Assembly: GCA_039028615.1 (NCBI GenBank)
Contig: JBCCHT010000072.1
Coordinates: 1-34,671, forward strand
Length of the DNA: 34,671 nt
Direction: 5' to 3'
From: Myxococcota bacterium
GTDB lineage: Bacteria > Myxococcota_A > Polyangia > Nannocystales > Nannocystaceae
Position 1 is the stretch's first letter. The number at the start of each line of letters is the position of its first letter. Under the pieces are notes generated by a model. That model saw only the letters and a program-made list of their open reading frames with translations. It searched no databases and was not told the origin of the DNA. The position numbers were made by a program, and so were the translations under genes. This document shows positions 18,016-25,854 of this stretch, piece after piece.

Positions 18016-18549
18016 AGGGGTCCTGAGTGAGAGTGGAAGGGCTCGGCGCTGGGGGGTGCTGGGTCCTTCGTTTTTTCGAATCGGCGGAGCTGGGGGGGGC
18101 GGGTTTCGGTGCCTCTTCTTCCGAGCGAGAGAGTGGGTGCTGCTTGGGGAGCAGAGATCTGTCGCTTGAAGGGCACCTCTCGGTCGGAGCGTTTCCCCTG
18201 GTCGGAGGTGGGGTCGGTTTGCTTTGGTGAGGGCTGTTTTGCTTGGAGAACGTCTGCGATCTTTTCGAGCGGGCGGCTCGCCTGTTTAACGGCTGGAACC
18301 CTCCCCGGACGTGCTCAGCGGCCGTTTCAACTGAGTGTTTCGCGATGGCTTTACGCGGCCGCCTCCGCGCGACCGGGCCCCCTCCATCCTACGCGGCTTC
18401 GCTTCAGCCCTCCCCACGCGCCTCCTCCCGTTCGGGCGAAAGAGTGGGTCCTGCTCGGGTGTCGAGATGGCTTGCTTGGAGAAAGAGGTGCCTACTCGAG
18501 GTGCTGTCAGTTGAAGGGCCGACTCGGGACCTACGAACTGTGGTGCTCT

Positions 18550-18786
18550 CCGCTGCCCGCCGATTGCCGTAGGCGGAGGAGCGGCAGCGCCCCCGTACAC
18601 CTGAAGGGGCCGCGCCGGGGGGAGAGCCCCGAACCCCGACCGAGGACTTAAGGCGGGCTGGAAAACTCCGCCCTACCTCAACCGTCACGCCCGACCCGCA
18701 GGGCGGGGTTTGGGAGGGACCCGTCGACAGCAGGCCCCGTGCACCGCTGCGGCTCCATACCTTCGCAGACTCCAGCAACCCTCAAC
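18550..18786. repeat. 237-bp direct repeat, copy 1 (hairpin-rich, contains a GTAG-type REP-like element)
   Basis: Near-identical to 18905-19141 at a constant 355-bp offset; minus strand 18676-18652 reads GTAGGGCGGAGTTTTCCAGCCCGCC. Confidence 0.93.
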
Positions 18787-18904
18787 CGCCCCACGACAAC
18801 GCTCGCAACGCCGAGCGCTCCAACATGGCTGCAAAACGACGACCGCATGAGCGGCACAATCCGATGCCCCGCTGCTTCCCACCAGCGAACCGCCACCCGC
18901 TTCC

Positions 18905-19141
18905 CCGCTGCCCGCCGATTGCCGTAAGCGGAGGAGCGGCAGCGCCCTCGTACACCTGAAGGGGCCGCGCCGGGGGGAGGGCCCCGAACCCCGACCGAGG
19001 ACTTAAGGCGGGCTGGAAACCTCTGCCCTACCTCAACCGTCTCGCCCGACCCGCAGGGCGGGGTTTGGGAGGGACCCGTCGACAGCAGGCCCCGTGCACC
19101 GTCGCGGCTCCATACCTTCGCGGGCTCCAGCAACTCTCAAC
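18905..19141. repeat. 237-bp direct repeat, copy 2
   Basis: Near-identical to 18550-18786; minus strand 19031-19007 reads GTAGGGCAGAGGTTTCCAGCCCGCC. Confidence 0.93.
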
Positions 19142-19151
19142 GACGCAGGCA

Positions 19152-20093
19152 TCAGGCGTCGCGGACGAGGGCGACGTAGTTGGCTTCGAGGGATTGGACT
19201 TCGCGGCGTAGGTCGGACTCGAGGGTCTCGAGGCGTTGGAGTTCGGTGTGTAGGCGCTGGCGGGTGCGTTCGACGGACTGGAGGGATTTGTCGATCTTGG
19301 ACTGGACGAAGAAGTCGGAGAGGATCCCATCGACGAAGTAGTCGGCGAAGGTGGCGAAGTCGGAGAGTTCGAGGGCATCGCCCTGCATGGCTCGGCCGAC
19401 GTCGGCGAGCTCTCGGGAGAAGCGTTGGAGCCAGCGCTGGGCGTGGGTGGCGTGGGCCTTGGCGGAATCGAGGTGGCCGTGCTTGGCCAAGGTGACGAAG
19501 GTCCCCCCGCCGAGCATGTCCCAGGTGCCCATGTCCTTGGCGTCGGACAGCGACTTGGCGATCTCGGCGAGGTGCTGGCGGGCTCGATCCCCGGCGTTGT
19601 TCGCCTCTCGAATCTCCCGGAGCGTGGCCTTGCGAGTGCCGATGGACTTGCCCAGCTGTTCGAGTCGTTCGGCGATCTCCGGCGAGCCCTCGGCGAGGGA
19701 ACTGCGCTTGTCGTCGAAGGCCTGGCGATAGGCCCCCTCGACGTCGCCCAAGGCCTCGATCTGCGCGTGCGTGCGCTCGAGCTCCTCGCGGGTGGACTCG
19801 ACCTGGTCTTGCTGCTGCTCGGCGCGGAGCCGAGCGCGGGCGGCTTCGCGTCGTTCTTTGTCGAGCCGAGCTTCTCGATCGCCAAAGAGGCTGACGAACA
19901 AGGAGGTGAGCGAGGTGCCCTCGAGCTTCTCGACGTCGCGATCTTCGGACGCGAGGATCTTCTTGCGCTCGGCCAGCTCTGCTTCGTGTTGCTCGAGCTC
20001 GGTGCGCAACGCCTCGGCTCTATCGCGAAGGCGGGTGTGGAGGTGCCATTGCTCGGTGCACTCGAGCAGTCGATCTTTGATTTCGCGATACAT
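19152..20093 (-). CDS. Hypothetical coiled-coil protein
   Basis: Long heptad-rich ORF with TWDMLGGG and FADYFVDGILSDFFVQSKI motifs; coding-like composition. Confidence 0.8.
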   Translation of the reverse strand: MYREIKDRLLECTEQWHLHTRLRDRAEALRTELEQHEAELAERKKILASEDRDVEKLEGTSLTSLFVSLFGDREARLDKERREAARARLRAEQQQDQVESTREELERTHAQIEALGDVEGAYRQAFDDKRSSLAEGSPEIAERLEQLGKSIGTRKATLREIREANNAGDRARQHLAEIAKSLSDAKDMGTWDMLGGGTFVTLAKHGHLDSAKAHATHAQRWLQRFSRELADVGRAMQGDALELSDFATFADYFVDGILSDFFVQSKIDKSLQSVERTRQRLHTELQRLETLESDLRREVQSLEANYVALVRDA

Positions 20094-20217
20094 GAACGGC
20101 CCCTTCATCCTAGCTGACATCGGTGAAATGTCGCGTGGCCGTGATCCGATTGCCGCCGTGCGGGACCTTCACCCTTGCGGAGCTACGAACACCGCGAGCG
20201 GAGAGAGGGAACCGCAA

Positions 20218-20646
20218 ATGATCGAGACACGACCGACCCTGGCCTATGGCTTCGTGGCAGACCTGTATGTCATCGTGCATCGAACCAAACGAGCCAGCGA
20301 CGAGGACTGGCAGGGCATGCGTCGGCACATGCACGCGCAGGAAACCGTGTCGCGACTGCTGGTGATGACCCGGGGCGCCTCGCTTCATTCCATCCAGAGA
20401 CGACAGGCGCGCGAGCTCTGCGAGCGCCACGGAATGCGGGTCGGAGTCTTGGGCGACGCACGGCTGGCCCGGGGAATGCCCGCCGTGCCCGACTGGTTCG
20501 GGTCCGACGCCAAGGGCTTCCGCGCCCACGACATGACCGGCGCGCTCACGTACCTCGAGCGCAGTCAGATGTACACGCGGCTCGTTCGTATGCTCGCGCC
20601 GAAGCCCTCGGGCCCACGCCTCGAAGCACTCGCACCGTGCGGATGA
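20218..20646 (+). CDS. Small STAS/SEC14-like myxobacterial hypothetical protein
   Basis: Purine-rich RBS (GAGAGGGA) before ATG; pattern VIVH...SDEDW...LLVMT.G...QR...ALTYL typical of these small proteins. Confidence 0.6.
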   Translation: MIETRPTLAYGFVADLYVIVHRTKRASDEDWQGMRRHMHAQETVSRLLVMTRGASLHSIQRRQARELCERHGMRVGVLGDARLARGMPAVPDWFGSDAKGFRAHDMTGALTYLERSQMYTRLVRMLAPKPSGPRLEALAPCG

Positions 20647-20671
20647 AAGGTGGTGAGACGGCTTCGCGCCG

Positions 20672-22024
20672 CTAGGCCATCCACTCGAGGGTCATGCTCT
20701 TGGCCTGCACGCCCTGCATCTGCAGCGTCCCGGCGTCACCCTGGGCCCGCCGCAGGTTCTCCCTCGAGAGCAGTGGCATGAGCATGCGCGGGATCAGAGC
20801 CGAGGCGATGTACTTGCCGAAGCAGGCGTGAATCCCCGAGCCGTAGAGTAGGAAGTTGTACTCGTTCCTGTCGATCATGAAGTCGTCGGGGTTGGAGAAC
20901 AACGACTCGTCGAACATGGCAGAGCGCGTGGCGATCATGACCGTGGTGCCCTTGGGCACCGTGCGCGCGTACCAACGATCTCGCCCCACCAAGAAGTCGT
21001 CGGTGGTGATCCGCAGCACGCCCGGCCCGATGGGATGGAAGCGCATGGCCTCGTCGACGTAGCGCCCGACCAGGAGCGGGTCGTCGGCTCGAGCGGCGGC
21101 CTGAGCCCCCGCCAGCGACTTCGGGCGCTTCAGCAGCTCGTCCATGGCAATCGCGGCCATCGTGGCCATGGGAGGGATCGCCCCCGACACCATGCCCACG
21201 ATGTTCGACTTGATGAGGTCGTCGGCCAGCCCCGGCTGCCCCGTGGGCTGCAGCTTCAACAAGCGCCCGATCACGTCGTCGGCGTCTGTGGGATGCGCGT
21301 GTCGCTGCGCGATGAGCCCAGCCGTATACGCCTGGAAGGCCTGCCCCGCCTCGAGGCCTGCCTTCTCTCCCGCCGGATCGGTGCCGGGAGGAATGGTCAG
21401 GTAGTTGAAGATCGCGATGCACCAATCGACCAGCGTCGTGGGGTCGGGGCCGGGGGTGCCGAAGTAATCGCCCACCCAGTCGGCGGGCACGGCCCGGGTC
21501 AGGCCCGAGACGATGTCCATGCTGCCGTCGGCCGCCTGGATCTTCTGACTCGCACTCTCGAGCGCGAAGGTGCCCACGCGGGTGGGGATGTCGCTGCGTC
21601 GAATGACGGCACGAAGGTTGGTGTGGTCCCGCGTATAGTCGGGATTGTTGGCCATGCCCAAGATGAACGGATTACCCGAGACCTTGGTGAGCTGCTCGAG
21701 GTTGGTGGTCGCGAAAATGTCGTCTTGTGCCAGTGTGTCGACCACATCGACATACCGCGTGATCAGGCCGAACCCACCAAATACGACCACGGGCCGCACT
21801 GCCCGGAGGATCTTGAAGATCAAGTCGATGTGATCGATGGCCCAAGTCGCGATCTTGCTGGCGAAGTCTTTGAGATCGAGACCAAAGACGTCCAAACCGA
21901 CCTTCTCTGCCTCTTTGAGCAGCTCTCGAGGGACCAGCTCCTGGAGGTCCCTGGGGATGAGCTTCGTGTCCTGCCCGAGGTTGGCAGCGAGTTCGTGGAG
22001 TTTGGTCGAGAGAAAATCGGACAT
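20672..22024 (-). CDS. Cytochrome P450 (atypical I-helix)
   Basis: ExxR (EAMR), AMFDE.LF..PDDF..DR meander, heme ligand YGSGIHACFG; GAGG upstream of ATG 22024. Confidence 0.92.
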   Translation of the reverse strand: MSDFLSTKLHELAANLGQDTKLIPRDLQELVPRELLKEAEKVGLDVFGLDLKDFASKIATWAIDHIDLIFKILRAVRPVVVFGGFGLITRYVDVVDTLAQDDIFATTNLEQLTKVSGNPFILGMANNPDYTRDHTNLRAVIRRSDIPTRVGTFALESASQKIQAADGSMDIVSGLTRAVPADWVGDYFGTPGPDPTTLVDWCIAIFNYLTIPPGTDPAGEKAGLEAGQAFQAYTAGLIAQRHAHPTDADDVIGRLLKLQPTGQPGLADDLIKSNIVGMVSGAIPPMATMAAIAMDELLKRPKSLAGAQAAARADDPLLVGRYVDEAMRFHPIGPGVLRITTDDFLVGRDRWYARTVPKGTTVMIATRSAMFDESLFSNPDDFMIDRNEYNFLLYGSGIHACFGKYIASALIPRMLMPLLSRENLRRAQGDAGTLQMQGVQAKSMTLEWMA

Positions 22025-22244
22025 ATGGCCAGCCTCGCGAATACCCAGCAGAAAGAACCCTAACTCTCGAGCTCCGAAATTCGCAAGCAACAAAATCCCG
22101 AACGGCATTCACATTCGATCTTCGAAATGGCACGAAATGAAATCGGTTCACAAAGGGGACACGAACAACGATCGATGAAACGTTGCTTGCACAGATCATG
22201 GCGCGCCATGTAGCGTCGTCATCGCTGGGTTGGAAAGGGAGACG

Positions 22245-23477
22245 ATGAGCGATTCGAGTGGCCAGACATTTGCGGACCGATTTCCATCGCTGGAACACTT
22301 CTTGAGTGACCTCGCTCGCCAGCATGCGCCGGGCTTTCCCACCGGGGTCATGGCGCCGAGCGATCCGAGTTCATCGGCTGATGTCGCTCCCACCGTCCCC
22401 ACGGCGGGATTCGAGGCCTACGACCACCCCAAGAGCGTCATCACCCGCTCGCGGATCCGCCTGGGCCAGGTCGATGCGCTGCGCGAGCGCCTGAAAGGCA
22501 ACGTCTTCACCACTCACTCGCCGGGGGTTCACAACGCTCGCTTCGCGATCCTCGACGACCGCCACCTGCTCTTCACCGCGATCTACGACGTCACCCTCGA
22601 GAACGTCCTGCTCTTCCTGCAAGCGAACGCGGCGGACGTGGACGAGATCTGGGCGTTCTGCGAGGACTACCCCGAGGAGGGAGCGAAGGACCTGGCGTCG
22701 ATCTCGAGCTACCTGTCCGACAACAACGAAGCGGTGCAGCTCATGTTCGATGCGTATATCGATCCGGGCGAGCCGCAGGTGCGCGAGGCGGTGGCTCTGC
22801 GCCGTAACTTCCTCGAGTTCGCCCGCGCGGTGCAAGAAGACCCCAGCCAGATCCTGGTGGCCTACGACGGCTTTTTGCACGACAACCGCCGCCGCATCGT
22901 GGCCCACGCCGAGCGCCACTGGGGCGACCTCGAGCGCGAGTACACGGTGGTCCCGGGCAACAAGACCACCGCGTTCACCATGATGTCGCGGGTCAAGCTC
23001 GACCCCGTCGCCCAGCTCAAGCTCCGCGCGGTGCTCGGCTTCGGCAACCTCGTGGTCAACACGGTCCGCATCAACCCCATCGCCGAGATGGTCACCGTGC
23101 ACTACGCCCGCTTCGGCCTGTGGGATCTCGACCGGCTGATGTTCGCGAGCGTCTACGACGGCGACTGGGTGCAGTACGTCGAGGACTTCAGCACCCGCAT
23201 CCCCTTCCAGATGGACAAGGTGTGGGGCAACTGCGTGGGCTGGCCCGAGAAGGGGGCCGCCGACACCAAGGCGCTGCGCAAGTACCTCGAGGACAACACC
23301 ATCCCCACCGACGTCTTCTACTCCGCCTATATGGACGTGACGTCCAAGGACATCTTGGCCAGCTACGCCCTGGGCAAGGCGCTGTGGGACTTCACCCGCA
23401 CCGCGCCCACCGATCCTCAGAGTTTTCACTCCCGGTACATCGCCTTCCTCAGCGCCAACCAGGCCCTTTTGTCATGA
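22245..23477 (+). CDS. Uncharacterised tandem two-domain protein with H-x-A-R-F motifs, DyP-associated
   Basis: Internal duplication VHNARF...LLFTAIYD...IWAFCEDYP versus VHYARF...LMFASVYDG...VWGNCVGWP; AAGGGAG RBS; stop overlaps the DyP start (ATGA). Confidence 0.8.
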   Translation: MSDSSGQTFADRFPSLEHFLSDLARQHAPGFPTGVMAPSDPSSSADVAPTVPTAGFEAYDHPKSVITRSRIRLGQVDALRERLKGNVFTTHSPGVHNARFAILDDRHLLFTAIYDVTLENVLLFLQANAADVDEIWAFCEDYPEEGAKDLASISSYLSDNNEAVQLMFDAYIDPGEPQVREAVALRRNFLEFARAVQEDPSQILVAYDGFLHDNRRRIVAHAERHWGDLEREYTVVPGNKTTAFTMMSRVKLDPVAQLKLRAVLGFGNLVVNTVRINPIAEMVTVHYARFGLWDLDRLMFASVYDGDWVQYVEDFSTRIPFQMDKVWGNCVGWPEKGAADTKALRKYLEDNTIPTDVFYSAYMDVTSKDILASYALGKALWDFTRTAPTDPQSFHSRYIAFLSANQALLS

Positions 23478-24838
23478 GCTCTCGAGTCAATCTGGATCTG
23501 GCCGACATTCAGGCCATCGTTCTGCGTGGGTTCCGCTACGACGAGGGCCTGCCCCACGCCTACTTCGGGTTCGTCTCGTTTCCCAGCCCCGCCTCGGCCC
23601 GTGCCTTCGTCAGCGATCTGCTGCCGCTGGTGGCCAGCTGCACCGACTGGGACGGTGGCCTCGGCGAGTTCGTGCTGAACCTGGGCTTTTCCCCCAAAGG
23701 GCTCGAGACGCTGGGGCAGAAGACCGATGGTTTTCCCGCGGCCTTCGTCAACGGCATGGCCAGCCGGGCGAAGATCCTCGGGGACATCGGCAGCAGCGCC
23801 CCCGGCGAGTGGGAGCCGGGCTATCGCTCCACCGACCTGTGCGCCACCGTGTTCTTGCAGGCGAAGGACATCGCGGGCATCGAGGCGGGCGTGGCTCGCA
23901 TGCGCGAGGCCATCGGCAAGGCGCCGGGCGTCGAGGTCGTGTTCGAGGAGGTCGGCAACGCGTTCCCCGGCCGGCATCCCGCGTCCGAGCACTTCGGCTT
24001 CGTCGACGGCATCGGCCAGCCCTTCGTGGAAGGCTCGGGGCTGACGCCTTACCCCGGCGAGGGCACACCCGAGCCCGACGGCACCTGGGCCCCGATCAAG
24101 GCGGGCTCGTTCGTCCTGGGGTTCACCGACGAGTTCGGCAACAACAACTACCCCGACGCGCCGTTCAAGAACGGCAGCTACATCGCCTTCCGCAAGCTCC
24201 ACGAGCGGGTGGCCGCGTTCCGGGAGTTCACCGCTCAGATGGCGGCCGCGGGCAGCGGCAACGAGGACTACGAGGCGGCGCGGCTCATCGGTCGCTGGCG
24301 CAGCGGAGCGCCGCTCGATCTCGCCAACGAGGTCGACGACCCCGCGCTCGCGGAAGACTGGAACCGCAACAACAACTTCCGCTACTCCGACGACGCGGCC
24401 GGCCTCAAGTGCCCGCACGGAGCCCACGCCCGCCGCGGCAACCCCCGGGCCGACCCCACGGGCCCCACGCTGCAGCAGGTTCGAGAGCACCGCATCATCC
24501 GGCACAGCATTCCCTACGGGCCCTACCTGCCCGAGGGAGCGCCCGACGACGGGGCGGAGCGCGGCATCTACTTCATGGTGATCAACGCCAGCCCCGAGCA
24601 TCAGTTCGAGTACGTGCAGCAGAACTGGATGAACGGCACGCTGTCCTCGACCGCGCTGTCCACCGAGATCGACCTCGATCCGATCGTGGGGGCCAACGAG
24701 GGCAACGGCAAGTTCGTGGCGCCCGGGGTCGAGCAGCCGACCATCGGCTGGGGACTACAGCGTTTCGTCGACGTCCGCGGCGGCACCTACATGTTCATGC
24801 CGAGCCTGACGACGCTGCGAGCGCTCGCCAGTGCTTAG
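23474..24838 (+). CDS. Dye-decolorising (DyP-type) heme peroxidase
   Basis: DIQ, EHFGFVDGIGQP (GxxDG), NGSYIAFRKL, proximal His in AHARRGNPR, distal Arg in RIIRHSIPYG, QFEYVQQNW and GGTYMFMPS motifs. Confidence 0.93.
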   Translation: MSSRVNLDLADIQAIVLRGFRYDEGLPHAYFGFVSFPSPASARAFVSDLLPLVASCTDWDGGLGEFVLNLGFSPKGLETLGQKTDGFPAAFVNGMASRAKILGDIGSSAPGEWEPGYRSTDLCATVFLQAKDIAGIEAGVARMREAIGKAPGVEVVFEEVGNAFPGRHPASEHFGFVDGIGQPFVEGSGLTPYPGEGTPEPDGTWAPIKAGSFVLGFTDEFGNNNYPDAPFKNGSYIAFRKLHERVAAFREFTAQMAAAGSGNEDYEAARLIGRWRSGAPLDLANEVDDPALAEDWNRNNNFRYSDDAAGLKCPHGAHARRGNPRADPTGPTLQQVREHRIIRHSIPYGPYLPEGAPDDGAERGIYFMVINASPEHQFEYVQQNWMNGTLSSTALSTEIDLDPIVGANEGNGKFVAPGVEQPTIGWGLQRFVDVRGGTYMFMPSLTTLRALASA

Positions 24839-24880
24839 GATCGAACGCTTCCGTCGCTCGGTGGCGGGCTATGCTGGGGC

Positions 24881-25066
24881 ATGGCCAAGCGACTGAGCGA
24901 CGCGGAGATGGACTCGCTGACCTACCACTACACGGGCAACTGCTTCTCCTGCGATCGCTGTAGTTTCTTCGAACCGCTGCGCAAGGGCGAGCCCGGCGCG
25001 GTGGAGGCGTACGCTCGCTACATGAAGAAACACCACGACCGTGATGTGGAGATCATCGAAGACTGA
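24881..25066 (+). CDS. Small hypothetical protein with CxxCxxC motif
   Basis: 61 aa, CFSCDRC plus HH; GC3-biased codons; fills the gap between DyP and the cytochrome gene. Confidence 0.55.
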   Translation: MAKRLSDAEMDSLTYHYTGNCFSCDRCSFFEPLRKGEPGAVEAYARYMKKHHDRDVEIIED

Positions 25067-25134
25067 GTTTTTCGTCCACGCTCTGGACAAGAATTGAACC
25101 GTGACGGAAGCGGGCTCGGTGCGTACTGTGGTCG

Positions 25135-25773
25135 ATGCGAAGGCTAGTCCTCACGATCACCCTCGCCGCGATGGGCTGCACGGAGGCCGACGGTGGCTCT
25201 GGCGATTCCGATGCGGCGACCGGCGGCAACGACAGTGCCGTCGCCACCACCAACTCCGCCGACGATGCCACGGGAGCCGACGACGACAGCCCGGCCACGG
25301 GAGCCGACGATGACTCTGGCGATGGCGCCGATCCGACGGGAGGCGACACCCAAGGCGAAGTCGAGTTCGATGCGCCCGCCGAAGAGGAAGCCTTGGTCGC
25401 GTTCCTCGACGCGATGGGCTACGCGGGATGGGCCGCCGAACCCGACTACCACGAGTCGACGGGTCCGCATGGTCCGGGCGTCCGCACCTTCTACAGCCCG
25501 AAGGCGGTGCAGGCACTCGAGTCGGGTGCCGAACAGTTCCCGGCGGGAGCCGCCACCGTCAAGGAGCTGACCAGCGAAGGCTTCCTCTATGGGTGGGGGG
25601 TCTGGGTCAAGGCACAGGACGACAGCGACGGCGGCAACGGTATCTACTGGTACGAGCTGATTCGCGGTGAGGACGGAGATCAGGTCTACGGCAACGCCTT
25701 CGGCTCGAACGAGTGCATCGGCTGTCACTCGGGTGGCTTCGATTTCCTGCTCTCGGACGGGACTTTCGAGTAG
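25135..25773 (+). CDS. Cytochrome P460/c'-beta-like monoheme lipoprotein
   Basis: Signal ending AMGC, acidic linker, FPAGAATVKEL, YWYE and C-terminal CIGCH. Confidence 0.75.
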   Translation: MRRLVLTITLAAMGCTEADGGSGDSDAATGGNDSAVATTNSADDATGADDDSPATGADDDSGDGADPTGGDTQGEVEFDAPAEEEALVAFLDAMGYAGWAAEPDYHESTGPHGPGVRTFYSPKAVQALESGAEQFPAGAATVKELTSEGFLYGWGVWVKAQDDSDGGNGIYWYELIRGEDGDQVYGNAFGSNECIGCHSGGFDFLLSDGTFE

Positions 25774-25854
25774 CCGCGCCTCGCCACCCACCTTGTGGGC
25801 AAGTGGCGTGGGACCGAATGGACGTAGTTCGAGGGCTCTGAGGCCGCGGGCGAA

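Noticed and set aside
18404..19133. Two similar minus-strand ORFs (124 and 151 aa)
   Set aside because: The similarity simply reflects the DNA repeat; they overlap each other and lack coding-like composition.
18550..19141. CRISPR array or group II intron remnant interpretation of the repeats
   Set aside because: Units are 237 bp with only two copies and no cas genes. CCTACCTCAAC resembles an intron 3' end, but no domain V hairpin precedes it.
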